IMG/VR virus record: IMGVR_UViG_3300020477_000020
Reading direction: 5' to 3' (one strand)
Source of the DNA: an uncultured virus (IMG/VR IMGVR_UViG_3300020477_000020)
Taxonomy: Duplodnaviria; Heunggongvirae; Uroviricota; Caudoviricetes
Length of the DNA stretch: 64,000 nucleotides
In this document: piece by piece, positions 1-10,005 of the stretch
Numbering within the stretch: the first letter of the stretch is position 1
Layout: every line of letters starts with the position of its first letter
Translations under genes and position numbers: made by a program
The notes under the pieces: model-generated
The model's database searches: none
Seen by the model: only the letters and a program-made list of their open reading frames with translations
What the model was told of the DNA's origin: nothing

Positions 1-11
1 GATCATATCCA

Positions 12-200
12 TCATTGTACTTGCTCCCTTAGTTCTTGGACTCTGTTCTCTAAGACATTAACAGCAGTCCTTAGGTGGCCAGTATCATGATCTGTGAACC
101 TGCTTTTCAAAAGAGCAACTTCTTCAACCAGAACAACAATCCTGTCCACAATGGCTCCATTGTTAGAAGCCTTTGCTTTAGTCGTCATCAAATTCTCCAT
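12..200 (-). CDS. hypothetical protein (62 aa, coiled-coil-like)
   Basis: ORF overlapping the queD stop; its own TGA overlaps an ATG (ATGA at 12-15) of a gene running off the window. Confidence 0.55.
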   Translation of the reverse strand: MENLMTTKAKASNNGAIVDRIVVLVEEVALLKSRFTDHDTGHLRTAVNVLENRVQELREQVQ

Positions 201-648
201 CTTCCCTGTGGCCTGTCTTCATGGCCATGTTGCTGTCCGTTTCACGGACTTCCACTTTGCAGCACCATATACGATCCTGCTCTCCATAATCTTTTAAGAA
301 AATAGTATTTACATATTCATATAAGAATGTAGCTAAACCTTCACAACCAGTCTTTTCTACTTGAGTAATCTTAGCAAGACCAAGATCACCTAGCTTCAAT
401 AGATGATCACGATCTGGATCATCATCAGCTACTAACAATGTATGATCAAACCAATCTTCAAGCAGATCTTTTAGAGGTCTAAGACCTCCAAAGTCCATTA
501 CCCAATTTCGAGTATCAAGCGTTTCGGACTCAAACTCAAAATGAAACGAAAGTGCATAACCATGAATTAGGTTACAATGACTATCAGCCCTCCATTGCCT
601 ATAGGCAACAGGACCAAGATGTTTGTAAGTTTTAGTAGAAATATACAT
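178..648 (-). CDS. queD: 6-carboxy-5,6,7,8-tetrahydropterin synthase (QueD/PTPS family)
   Basis: SHCNLIHGY Zn-binding motif, WVMDFGGL, WFDHTLL, final VEVRET; near queE. Confidence 0.9.
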   Translation of the reverse strand: MYISTKTYKHLGPVAYRQWRADSHCNLIHGYALSFHFEFESETLDTRNWVMDFGGLRPLKDLLEDWFDHTLLVADDDPDRDHLLKLGDLGLAKITQVEKTGCEGLATFLYEYVNTIFLKDYGEQDRIWCCKVEVRETDSNMAMKTGHREDGEFDDD

Positions 649-1248
649 CTACTTGCCTCCATAGAATGAGTGAATGCCCGACGTCCGGTCTCGAGCTACG
701 TGAGGATAATCCTCATTCTTTATCTTCATATTCCCACTGATTGATACACGAAGGCCACCGGTCTCGTTCCTTGTTGTATAGTGGGGCAACCAAGATGGAA
801 AGACAATCAACAATCCCTCTTGAGGGGTCACAGAATGATTTCGGGTTTGGTTGTGTTGTTGCATCTGAAAGATTATATTACCACCTTTCATCTTATTAGG
901 CAACCTTGGATAGTATACCCATGAAAGATTTAAGTTCTCATAGTCTTTCGGATTTCTATGACTATGTATCATAGTCGTAGCATTATCTTCTAAGATATGT
1001 GCCCATATCTCAGATAAGAAATATCTATCATCAATCGTTGAGTGAAACACTTGCGTCACTTTATTCTTCAACATATCAACTACACGATGGTCAGGTATTC
1101 TTGAGTCTTCATTACCCGTTGCGTTTGGATCATCACTGATCTTCTTGTCTCTCCATTTCAAACACAAGTCTGTTAGAGTTTCATTTTCCATACCCTTGAT
1201 GTGGGCCATCCCAACACCAACATAACTAACAGGGGTAATACTGACCAT
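649..1248 (-). CDS. putative 2OG-Fe(II) oxygenase
   Basis: WAHI...HSH...LSWVYY...EGLLIVFPSWLPHY...RVSISGN double-stranded beta-helix pattern. Confidence 0.8.
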   Translation of the reverse strand: MVSITPVSYVGVGMAHIKGMENETLTDLCLKWRDKKISDDPNATGNEDSRIPDHRVVDMLKNKVTQVFHSTIDDRYFLSEIWAHILEDNATTMIHSHRNPKDYENLNLSWVYYPRLPNKMKGGNIIFQMQQHNQTRNHSVTPQEGLLIVFPSWLPHYTTRNETGGLRVSISGNMKIKNEDYPHVARDRTSGIHSFYGGK

Positions 1249-1249
1249 T

Positions 1250-2155
1250 TTATACTCCTATGGCATTGCCCCAGAGATAAGCATGAACCCTAGCAGACAC
1301 GTTGAAACCACGATCTAAAGCCATATTAGCCACCTCTCCAGCATCTTTATATTGATCTTCTACAGTTGCACCAACTGGCATGATCCATACAGGATAATCA
1401 ATACCAGCATTTCTGAACAATGGAAGAACCTCATCTAACTCATCCCAACATTCTTTTCGTCCATTCATTACAAACTTCAGCTGACCGTGTTTGCTTAACA
1501 TCCTATATGTCTTCAAGTTATCTGGCTTAATGGCTTTACCTCTAGGTTCACCAGAAACAGACCATAGCTTAGGACTCAATGACCAAAATATTTCACCATT
1601 GTAACAACCTTTGTTATTGAAGAAGGTAATGAACTCTTCAGTAATAGGTTGTGTACCATTCGTCTCGAATGTAATATTATTAGGACCTCTGTTCCCATTT
1701 CTTAATTCACTTACAATGCCTATAATAGCTTGCTGTGATCTTTTCAATAGTGGCTCACCACCTGTAACGCATAGATGTATATCTTGCCGACCAATATTTC
1801 CATAAGGCTGTACAAACTGATCAAAGGGAATTATATCAAGTAGTCTATCTGCTATTTCTTTAGCCGTCCCAGTTCTTTGCAATGCTCTGAATTTCTTATG
1901 CCACGAATAAGAACTGTCACAGCCTTTTTCAAATACTGGTAGTTCTTCTAGCGCGTTATACTCATCAGGATTGACTTTAAGGTACGGCAACTCATACGAC
2001 GTCGGATCAGTTGGATCATCCTGTCCAAAACCATTACACTGCAGGTTGCAGGTAAAGAACCTCAACCACGCAGTAGGTACCCCAGTGTACTTTCCCTCAC
2101 CCTGTGCAGAGTAAAAGATTTCACTATAATGGTAAACTGAGTCCTGTTTTACCAT
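1250..2155 (-). CDS. queE: 7-carboxy-7-deazaguanine synthase (radical SAM QueE)
   Basis: EIFYSAQGEG, LRFFTCNLQC...GCDS, VTGGEPLL, FETNGT, SLSPKL, RVHAYLWG. Confidence 0.9.
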   Translation of the reverse strand: MVKQDSVYHYSEIFYSAQGEGKYTGVPTAWLRFFTCNLQCNGFGQDDPTDPTSYELPYLKVNPDEYNALEELPVFEKGCDSSYSWHKKFRALQRTGTAKEIADRLLDIIPFDQFVQPYGNIGRQDIHLCVTGGEPLLKRSQQAIIGIVSELRNGNRGPNNITFETNGTQPITEEFITFFNNKGCYNGEIFWSLSPKLWSVSGEPRGKAIKPDNLKTYRMLSKHGQLKFVMNGRKECWDELDEVLPLFRNAGIDYPVWIMPVGATVEDQYKDAGEVANMALDRGFNVSARVHAYLWGNAIGV

Positions 2156-2762
2156 ACTTCTTTCTCCATTTCTTGAATGCCATGTCTCTTTTCAGTTTAC
2201 TTACTTTCATGGTATAGTCAACGCCCATCAGATGATCATACTCATGCTGAAATACTCGTGACGTAATATCTTGAAATCTACGTGTGACTACATCCCCATA
2301 GGGATCCTGAAATCGTGCACGCACATATCGTGGTCTGTTGATTCTTAAACTGAGACCTGGATATGACAGACATCCTTCCTCCAGAAGAATTTTATCATCT
2401 TCACTTAAATAGGTTATCTTTGGATTGAATACAGCATATGCTGGCTCACCCTCCATTACAAAAACACTTAAAGGTATACCAACTTGATTAGCGGCCAACC
2501 CGTACCCCATCTTTGATCTCATAAACTTGACTAGGGATGCTGATAGGTCTGCTGCATTCATTTGTGGATTCTTAAAATCAAACGGTTCGGTTTCTTTGTG
2601 AAGGTAGGTATTGTCAAAATCTAGTTCAAGCGTTCCATCTTTGTCATAGATAAAAGCCTCATGCTTGTACCAGAAGGGGACAGCACCTTCCTGCGTTGTG
2701 TCAATCTCAAGTTGTTTGGGAAGCTCTTTGTCTTCCAGTCCTTCAATCTTTAGTGTTGCCAT
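2124..2762 (-). CDS. def: peptide deformylase
   Basis: Three signature motifs GLAANQVG, EGCLS, QHEYDHLMG. Confidence 0.95.
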   Translation of the reverse strand: MATLKIEGLEDKELPKQLEIDTTQEGAVPFWYKHEAFIYDKDGTLELDFDNTYLHKETEPFDFKNPQMNAADLSASLVKFMRSKMGYGLAANQVGIPLSVFVMEGEPAYAVFNPKITYLSEDDKILLEEGCLSYPGLSLRINRPRYVRARFQDPYGDVVTRRFQDITSRVFQHEYDHLMGVDYTMKVSKLKRDMAFKKWRKKYGKTGLSLPL

Positions 2763-4185
2763 TATACACCTTTACATTATATTTCTCTTCAAACATTTTA
2801 CTGTCTTCGAGATCGTTCACCATTGGTTGGCCCTTTATGTTTAGACTTGTATTTAGTAATATAGGACAGCTAGTTCGATGATAAAACTCTTCCAAAATAT
2901 CTCTTAATGGTGAGTGCTTAGCTGATTGTTTACTAACAGTATGCACACGTGATGTTCCATCTACATGAACAACGGAAGGAATATCTTGCTTCCTTATACA
3001 TGGAATAGCATATTGCATAAAGTCATAATTCTCTAATGTAGATACAGCAAAATAATCACTAGCATGCTCAGACAAAACTGATGGTGCAAAGGGTCTAAAC
3101 TTCTGTCTCTTCTTTATTTCATTGACCTTGTCTTTGATATTGGGATCTCTTGGATCAGCTAGTAAGCTACGATTCCCAAGAGCCCTAGGACCAAACTCAG
3201 CACGGCCGGCGCTAACACCAACGATGCCATGATTAATAATGTGGTCAACGACCGACGAGATATCATTCAGGTCTCCAGCATCTTTACCTGTAAAACAATG
3301 TTCGAAGTTTATTTTCTTTTTCTTCACCAACGCAGCTGCTCCTAATGACGATCCTGCATCACCTGGATTAGGAAATATAAAGTGCCGCTTATTATTGAAT
3401 ATCTTTCTATTGGCTACAACATTATGAGCAACACCACCACCATAGACGATAGGTCCATCAATCTTGTTTATCATACCCTTTAATAATCGTTCGGTCAACA
3501 GCTGAGCATTAAATGCCAGGTCTTCATCAGATGCATGTGGTGCAAAGTCTTTACAGCCTCTATCAAGGTTATGCTTCTTCATTAACCTTTTCATTGCCTC
3601 ATATAAGGCTATGTTGTCTTTACCATAAGCAGCCATTCCCATCAGAATATACTCATCTTCCATTGGTTTTAATCCAACACGGTCAGTAATGGCTGAGTAG
3701 AATAAACCAATAGACAACGGAAACCTTATAGATGAGACCTTTTTATATCTTGCTACTTGTTTACCCAAGTAACTTTTTTCATACCAACAATTCCATTGAC
3801 TAATGGTATCGAACTCACCTATAGCATCAACAACAAGTGCAGTAGCTTTTTCAAATGGTGAGCATTGGAATGCTGCAGCTGCATGAGATAAGTGATGACT
3901 AAAGCATTGGCTATACTTATAGCCTAGCTTTCTTGGCTTAAAAGCATAAGACCATCTACGTTGATATAAATGTCTCAATGCCTTTATGTGAGGCCTTTCA
4001 TAAAATGCAGCATGTTCCCATGTATATTTGTTATTAACATACTCCATGAATTCAGGGCTTAGGTACTTGTTATTTTTAGTCTTTGAGAATCTTTCATCAT
4101 GAGCCGCAAAGACAATTTCGTGACCATCAAGTATGGTCACGGCTGCATCATGATAGCCCTCACTAAATCCAAGTACATTACTCAT
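2743..4185 (-). CDS. carbamoyltransferase (NodU/CmcH/TobZ family)
   Basis: HDAAV, HHLSHAA, VVDAIGE, GRAEFGPRALGNRSLLADP, FRPFAP, HVDGTSR, LLNTSLN. Confidence 0.92.
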   Translation of the reverse strand: MSNVLGFSEGYHDAAVTILDGHEIVFAAHDERFSKTKNNKYLSPEFMEYVNNKYTWEHAAFYERPHIKALRHLYQRRWSYAFKPRKLGYKYSQCFSHHLSHAAAAFQCSPFEKATALVVDAIGEFDTISQWNCWYEKSYLGKQVARYKKVSSIRFPLSIGLFYSAITDRVGLKPMEDEYILMGMAAYGKDNIALYEAMKRLMKKHNLDRGCKDFAPHASDEDLAFNAQLLTERLLKGMINKIDGPIVYGGGVAHNVVANRKIFNNKRHFIFPNPGDAGSSLGAAALVKKKKINFEHCFTGKDAGDLNDISSVVDHIINHGIVGVSAGRAEFGPRALGNRSLLADPRDPNIKDKVNEIKKRQKFRPFAPSVLSEHASDYFAVSTLENYDFMQYAIPCIRKQDIPSVVHVDGTSRVHTVSKQSAKHSPLRDILEEFYHRTSCPILLNTSLNIKGQPMVNDLEDSKMFEEKYNVKVYNGNTKD

Positions 4186-4205
4186 AAATGTATGGGTCCT
4201 GCTTT

Positions 4206-4682
4206 TTAAGTTTCTTCAGACGTCTCTTCTTCCGAAGCCTCTGTAACCAATCTCGGAAACGCTGTAACATTTTCACGTGTGGTTACCTCCTGTCTTAATC
4301 CAGTCGTACTAAATTGATGCTGGCGTTTATTGTAATGCATCTTTATACCAAGATCCTTACCGGTATAATCTTTACCGTAATAATCTTCACCAATGATACG
4401 TACATGAATAGGAATATGTATAAGCAGGTCCAACAGGTTCTGTTCTGTCTCGTATGGTATGATCTCGTCAACATACTCAACAGCTTGTAGCTGAATATAT
4501 CTTTCCATCATTGACTGTACAGGTTTATTCTTTTCAGGTCTATCGATAGTTGGATCTATCTGCAGTCCACATATTAGATAATCACATACTTGCTTTGCTT
4601 CTCTCAACATTAGTATATGACCTGCATGCAGCAAGTCAAATGAGGAGCATGTAAAGCCTATAATTTCGTCTTCATCATTCAT
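4206..4682 (-). CDS. cytidylyltransferase (TagD/glycerol-3-phosphate cytidylyltransferase-like)
   Basis: FDLLHAGH (HxGH) motif, YVDEIIPY, STT near the C-terminus. Confidence 0.88.
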   Translation of the reverse strand: MNDEDEIIGFTCSSFDLLHAGHILMLREAKQVCDYLICGLQIDPTIDRPEKNKPVQSMMERYIQLQAVEYVDEIIPYETEQNLLDLLIHIPIHVRIIGEDYYGKDYTGKDLGIKMHYNKRQHQFSTTGLRQEVTTRENVTAFPRLVTEASEEETSEET

Positions 4683-4685
4683 GAT

Positions 4686-6395
4686 CTACTCCACAAACCT
4701 TGAGAAGTTATGGGACTTCTCAAATCGTAAAACATTAGTAAATTTATCAACTAGCATATCTGTCTTGTGACTAATGATAAACACATTGGTATCAGAAACT
4801 AAGTCTCTAATAATTTTCATGAACTCATCAGTCCCTGTAGTATCTAGGCTACTATCAAATACCTCATCCATAATTAACAAATTAGTGCTAGCACTATTCT
4901 TTAACTTAGCAATTGCTCTCCATGTGAATAGCAACGCTAAATCAATCCTCATCTTTTCACCTTCACTAAATGACTCATACGAAAAGTCATCTCTGAATCT
5001 GGACTTGATTGTTTCGTTAAACTGCTCATCGAGTTCGAACTGTACAAAGAAGTCCATAGCAGCTAGATACTTATTTATTAGCTTGTTCATAATAGGAACA
5101 TACTGCTTAATGATTCTAGCTTTGATGCCAGTGTCTTTCAACAACCTCTGGCCTAGATCGTATACGTTTTGCTTCTCAACTAACTCACAATGGATTTCAT
5201 ATTGTGCATCCTTTTCTACAAGCAATGCATCGATCTTCTTACGTTCATCTTCAATTGTATTATCAGAGACAGCATCAACTAATGACTTCAATTCCTTTAT
5301 GTACAGATCTTTTGAGTTGATGATTGATTGTGTGTCTATTAGTTGATGCTGTTCCTCTGTTAACTTAGCTGTGATATCAACAATCTCAGCTAATCTTGCA
5401 TTCTTAGTATCCAACATATCTTGTAACTGGTCAACACCCAATTCGACTTCAGCTTTTTTACTTGTTTTGTTATCGATATGGGTATGCTTATGGTTCTCGT
5501 CCAGTGGCTGCTTGCACGTTGGACATTCATCATGGTTCTCAAAGAATGCAACCTCCTTCTCCAACTTATTAACCTTGTTAACAAGCTGGTCCATAATCTT
5601 CTCACTCTGCCTTAGCTGCTTTGTAACTTCTTCCTTATCAGCAATCTGCTCTTGTAGCTTGGTTATCTTTGTCTGATGAGTACCAGCAACAATCTTCAAC
5701 GAATTAATCTCAAACTGTACTTGTTCTATCTGCTCCTTCTTCTGAGCAACATCATCATCCTGTTGAGTCTGTAGTTGATTAATGTGCTCGTGCATCATAT
5801 CAATCTTTTGCTCAAGTAAGTCTAGCTGATACTTAGTTTCTTGTAGCTTGCTTTTGTTATCAGACACCTTATCCTTTAGCAACATAGACATAACAGAGAA
5901 CACTCCAATGTCGAGTAGGTCTTCAATAACCTCTCTACGTTCATTGGTTCTCAGTTGCATAAATGGTACAAAGTTGGATGAGCCTAGGACAACAATCTGT
6001 GTAAATGATTTGTGATTGATCTTTAGAATTTGCTTCTCAAGTACTTCTTGATAGTCTCTAGCATTTGCATCTTGGTTTAGTAGCTTATCGTCTTGCCATA
6101 CCTCAAACAACCTTGGCTTTAGACCTCTTACAATCTTATACTTGGTTCTGTTGATCTTAAACTCAACCTCAACAACCATATGGTTCTTGTTAACAGAATT
6201 AACTAATTGGGTTGTTGCTATACGACGAAATGCTTTGCCATATAATCCATATGCAATAGCATCAATCATCGTAGACTTACCAGCGCCATTATCACCAATG
6301 ATTAGTGTTGAGGCATTGGTATTAAGATTGATCTCGGTCCAGAAGTCCCCATAGGACAAGAAGTTTTGGAATCTTACTTTTTCAAATACTATCAT
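4686..6395 (-). CDS. gp46: recombination endonuclease subunit gp46 (SbcC/Rad50-like)
   Basis: Walker A GDNGAGKS, CPTC zinc hook within a coiled coil, FSEGEKMRIDL signature, MDEVFDSSLD. Confidence 0.96.
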   Translation of the reverse strand: MIVFEKVRFQNFLSYGDFWTEINLNTNASTLIIGDNGAGKSTMIDAIAYGLYGKAFRRIATTQLVNSVNKNHMVVEVEFKINRTKYKIVRGLKPRLFEVWQDDKLLNQDANARDYQEVLEKQILKINHKSFTQIVVLGSSNFVPFMQLRTNERREVIEDLLDIGVFSVMSMLLKDKVSDNKSKLQETKYQLDLLEQKIDMMHEHINQLQTQQDDDVAQKKEQIEQVQFEINSLKIVAGTHQTKITKLQEQIADKEEVTKQLRQSEKIMDQLVNKVNKLEKEVAFFENHDECPTCKQPLDENHKHTHIDNKTSKKAEVELGVDQLQDMLDTKNARLAEIVDITAKLTEEQHQLIDTQSIINSKDLYIKELKSLVDAVSDNTIEDERKKIDALLVEKDAQYEIHCELVEKQNVYDLGQRLLKDTGIKARIIKQYVPIMNKLINKYLAAMDFFVQFELDEQFNETIKSRFRDDFSYESFSEGEKMRIDLALLFTWRAIAKLKNSASTNLLIMDEVFDSSLDTTGTDEFMKIIRDLVSDTNVFIISHKTDMLVDKFTNVLRFEKSHNFSRFVE

Positions 6396-7453
6396 TCTAT
6401 ACTAAGCGCTTCATTATATAAATTTCTCATCAAGACATTCAACTCATTTTTATTAGTCTTGATTTCCAAACTGTCGATATAGTTACTAACAATCGACAAT
6501 GTGTCTTCTGCTTCATTTACAATCTCATCGTCATCATCTAGGTCTAGGTTTAGATGATCCTCAACAACCTGAACATTGATAGGTGCCTGGTTCTCAAGGC
6601 TTGTAATGAACGCATCAAACAAAGCTGGGTTATTCTTATTCTTGATAATTACCTTGATATACTTATCCTTCATATTTTCAAAGTCAAATACATCTAAATG
6701 ATCGAAGGTTAGTTTATCATCATCGTACCATAACTTATAGAACAGCTTATATGGGTTCTCAATGAACTCTAACTCTCTTGTGTCAGTATCAAACATATGA
6801 AATCCTTTTGGATCATCATAGCATGACCATGTCATCTCATAGGCTGTTCCTAAGTAACTAATGTTTCCTACAGTAGAACGATGATGGTAATGCCCACTGC
6901 AAACAAGATCAAACTTGCTAAAACTTTCAGCATCGAATCCTTCATACGATGGCATCCCTTTATACATTTGAAATCCGTTGAGCTCAAGGTGTCCCAATAG
7001 TACTTGAGCTCTGCTACTTTTTATCTCGTCCCAACAGAGATCAAAGTTGTCTCTGCAGATCCAAGGCATTAACAAAATATCCAAACCATCCATATTAAGA
7101 GTATGTGGCACACTCCATTCATGACAATTATCATACCCATCGAGCAGCAAGTCAATGCTGTTAACCTCTAATGTGTTCTTATATGTTATGTCATGGTTGC
7201 CGACTATGATATGTGTTTCGATCTCTCTTTCTTTCAGAGGATCGAAGAACATCTCCTTTGCGGCCTTTAGTGATGTGTAGGATATAAATTTACGTCTGTC
7301 GAAGGTATCACCAAGATTAATTACATTGGTAATGTTGTGCTCATCCAAGTAAGGAAAGAACACCCTATCATAGAACATCTTTTGGTGCTCGGCAACTTTT
7401 TGGTTATCGTTCCGAGCACCAAAGTGTAAATCAGTAACAAACGCTATCTTCAT
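6392..7453 (-). CDS. gp47: recombination endonuclease subunit gp47 (SbcD/Mre11-like)
   Basis: DLHFG, LGDTFD, GNHD, GHYH metallophosphoesterase motifs; next to gp46. Confidence 0.96.
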   Translation of the reverse strand: MKIAFVTDLHFGARNDNQKVAEHQKMFYDRVFFPYLDEHNITNVINLGDTFDRRKFISYTSLKAAKEMFFDPLKEREIETHIIVGNHDITYKNTLEVNSIDLLLDGYDNCHEWSVPHTLNMDGLDILLMPWICRDNFDLCWDEIKSSRAQVLLGHLELNGFQMYKGMPSYEGFDAESFSKFDLVCSGHYHHRSTVGNISYLGTAYEMTWSCYDDPKGFHMFDTDTRELEFIENPYKLFYKLWYDDDKLTFDHLDVFDFENMKDKYIKVIIKNKNNPALFDAFITSLENQAPINVQVVEDHLNLDLDDDDEIVNEAEDTLSIVSNYIDSLEIKTNKNELNVLMRNLYNEALSIE

Positions 7454-7632
7454 AGACGACGGCTCTTCTCTTGTCGAGCTCGTTCTTTATAAAACCTGGC
7501 CGTTTCCTTATTGATCACCTTTGATAAACTTTCAAGTTTCTGAGCATATATGTCTCTATTCCAGACACTTTGCTTCTTGTTGCGTACTTCTTTAATCCAG
7601 TTTTCAACAACAGATGGAATTGGTTCTGCCAT
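7450..7632 (-). CDS. hypothetical protein (60 aa, start revised to MAEPIPS)
   Basis: ATG at 7632 preceded by a GAGGA RBS just after the gp55 stop; stop overlaps the gp47 start. Confidence 0.6.
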   Translation of the reverse strand: MAEPIPSVVENWIKEVRNKKQSVWNRDIYAQKLESLSKVINKETARFYKERARQEKSRRL

Positions 7633-7642
7633 AACTTGTTCC

Positions 7643-8191
7643 TCATTTGTAGAAGACCTCGACACCACGTGGTGGTTTGGGCTTAGGTTTCTTCTTCTTA
7701 AATTCTTTTTCCTCAAAGCTGGTAACGAAGTCTTTCATGTAATCACTGCTTGTATTTGCATACGAAACATACCCACCTTTACCGGTACTGTCAACAACTA
7801 ACGTATCGTTTAATACTGCATTCTCCAAAGACTTGTGTTTGATATACAGCTGCTTCTTTTCTTTCTGTATACGTCTAAGAAATGCATAATAGATAATCTG
7901 TGTGAAATAGGCAAACGGATTTTTTGACTTTTCAGGGTCAAAGTTATCAATATAGTTCACACAGTTTTCAATCCCATCACAAACCATTTCATCCTTAAAT
8001 GTATAATTTGCAAAATTGGGCTTTGTGGCTAAACGGTTTGCTATTTGTAGTAGACATTCTCCAATATAGTCTGGTATACGAGGCTTATTATCTCCTGATT
8101 GTTCAGCTTCGTCAACAGATTTTTTATAGTCTACCATTACGAGATACAATTGCTTGTTATCTACGTAGTGCCTGCCCCCCTTTCTAGGCAT
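7643..8191 (-). CDS. gp55: sigma factor for late transcription
   Basis: HYVDNK, PNFANYTFKDEM, NFDPEKSKNPFAYFTQIIYYAFLRRIQKEKKQ. Confidence 0.96.
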   Translation of the reverse strand: MPRKGGRHYVDNKQLYLVMVDYKKSVDEAEQSGDNKPRIPDYIGECLLQIANRLATKPNFANYTFKDEMVCDGIENCVNYIDNFDPEKSKNPFAYFTQIIYYAFLRRIQKEKKQLYIKHKSLENAVLNDTLVVDSTGKGGYVSYANTSSDYMKDFVTSFEEKEFKKKKPKPKPPRGVEVFYK

Positions 8192-8568
8192 CAGTGCACC
8201 GTCTTACCAGCTCCGAGAGCAAGCTCTCGGATATGCTCCTTATATTCTTTAATCTTTTTTTCTTCATCACTTTGAACCTCGTGTACTGTTTCCACATTTT
8301 TTATATACATCTCGTAGTTTTCTATTACCGGCTTGGTAACATCAGTACGATAAAATACTAGGTCAGACTGTTTAAAGTCTTGAACATCTCCATAACTAAA
8401 CAACAGGTAATCTGAACATACAATCCAAGTATGGCCAGTCGGACTTATAGAACGGTGCAGTTGCACAGGTCGTCTTATAGTCACAAATTCGTCATCTATT
8501 CTCTCAATTATACCCATGACCTCTTCACCGTTGAATAGTTTTATTACAACATATTCTTCGTCGGACAT
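8191..8568 (-). CDS. conserved T4-like hypothetical protein (Sm-like N-terminus)
   Basis: VIKLFNGEEVMG...VTIRRPV pattern; conserved position between uvsW and gp55. Confidence 0.65.
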   Translation of the reverse strand: MSDEEYVVIKLFNGEEVMGIIERIDDEFVTIRRPVQLHRSISPTGHTWIVCSDYLLFSYGDVQDFKQSDLVFYRTDVTKPVIENYEMYIKNVETVHEVQSDEEKKIKEYKEHIRELALGAGKTVH

Positions 8569-8571
8569 TTT

Positions 8572-10005
8572 CTACTCCTTTAGGTTATAACTGTGAATAC
8601 TATACTCAAATTGTTCTTCATTATACAGCTTTACTCGTTCACCATAATGTCGAAGTGTATAGTTAATCCACTTTCCATTTTGTAGATCATCAACAATATC
8701 ATACAATTTACTCTTGTCTTTACTCTCGTGCGTTCTTAACGATCTACCAATAGATTGTAGAACGCGTATCTTAGATTTGGAAGGAGCACCAAAAATTATG
8801 TTATGCAAGTTCTTAATATTAATGCCTGTACTAAATGTTCCATATGAGGCAACAATTAATGCATTTGTATCATTCTCAACAATTTCTCTTATTTCATTTC
8901 GTTCTTCACCTTTTACACCACCGTAAACAAAGTGGCTGTTCTTTTCTAGTGACTGGGCCATATCAAACAATTCCTGGCCATGTCGAACAAAATTAAATAA
9001 TAGTAACGAATTTCCTTCCAAAACCTTGCATAACTTAATTATAAACTCATTTCTAGCACCACTATCTACGAGATAGTTTATCTCGTCTCTGTACTTAGCT
9101 CTTGCTTGCCTCTTTCTATTTTGTTCATGATGCTTTAGTACACATATATTTATCTTCAAATCTGCTAAATTCTTCTTTTCTATTAGTTCTGCAGTGGAAG
9201 TTACTTTTTCAACGGGGCCAAACAGTCCTTCAAGAACTAATCTATGCGTCTGAGATCCATCGAGTGTACCAGTAAACCCAAATCTGTATGGTGTGTTATC
9301 AAGTTTTGACATAATATTGGTGAGTGATTTTGCCTTGAAAAGGTGGGCCTCATCTCCAATAACCACGTTAAATTGCTTGAACCACTTCTTTGGCAGCTTG
9401 TAAATACTTTGCCAAGTAGTGACAGTAATCTCATGCACAATCTCCTTATCTGCTCCAGCTGTTATTTTCTGTACTTCTTTGTCGTATCCATACTCTTGAA
9501 AGTCACTTGCCATTTGATGAACAAGTGCAGTTGTTGGAACAACTATTAGCTTTTTCATTGTAGCATAGTGGCGGCAAAGCATATAGATGATCAGGGACTT
9601 ACCAGAAGCTGTAGGAGACAGAAGAAGACACCTGCGGTTACGTACTGCATGTGCTATGGCACTCTTCTGGTAGTCCCTTGGCTCGAGTGTTAATTGCACA
9701 CTCTTTGCCAGATCATCTACTTCACTATCTTCAAAGATAGCTTTGGTCGTTAGTTTTTTATCGACTTCTATCGGAATGTCTCTAACTCGACAAAAGTCAC
9801 AAATATAGTCTGTTAAACCAACATAAATGCTCCTCGTCACTTGGTTAAACAGACGAATCTTTCCATCCCAATGTCTGTTTCTGACTGCCGGCATAAACTT
9901 AGCACCTGGTACATCAAACGTAAAATAATCTGACAGCTCTTGAGCTTCAGATGGTTCACACTCAACCTTTAAATGTAAATCGTTTGCATACTTCAGACTG
10001 ATCAT
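8572..10005 (-). CDS. uvsW: SF2 RNA-DNA/DNA-DNA helicase UvsW
   Basis: WDGKIRLF, SPTASGKS, DEAH, GFTGTL, STGINI, LQSIGR. Confidence 0.96.
   Translation of the reverse strand: MISLKYANDLHLKVECEPSEAQELSDYFTFDVPGAKFMPAVRNRHWDGKIRLFNQVTRSIYVGLTDYICDFCRVRDIPIEVDKKLTTKAIFEDSEVDDLAKSVQLTLEPRDYQKSAIAHAVRNRRCLLLSPTASGKSLIIYMLCRHYATMKKLIVVPTTALVHQMASDFQEYGYDKEVQKITAGADKEIVHEITVTTWQSIYKLPKKWFKQFNVVIGDEAHLFKAKSLTNIMSKLDNTPYRFGFTGTLDGSQTHRLVLEGLFGPVEKVTSTAELIEKKNLADLKINICVLKHHEQNRKRQARAKYRDEINYLVDSGARNEFIIKLCKVLEGNSLLLFNFVRHGQELFDMAQSLEKNSHFVYGGVKGEERNEIREIVENDTNALIVASYGTFSTGINIKNLHNIIFGAPSKSKIRVLQSIGRSLRTHESKDKSKLYDIVDDLQNGKWINYTLRHYGERVKLYNEEQFEYSIHSYNLKE

Noticed and set aside
4774..5676. Long plus-strand ORFs antisense to gp46 (similar ones at 16923-17420, 55530-56177, 59123-59575)
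   Set aside because: Ser/Leu-rich antisense shadows of well-supported minus-strand genes
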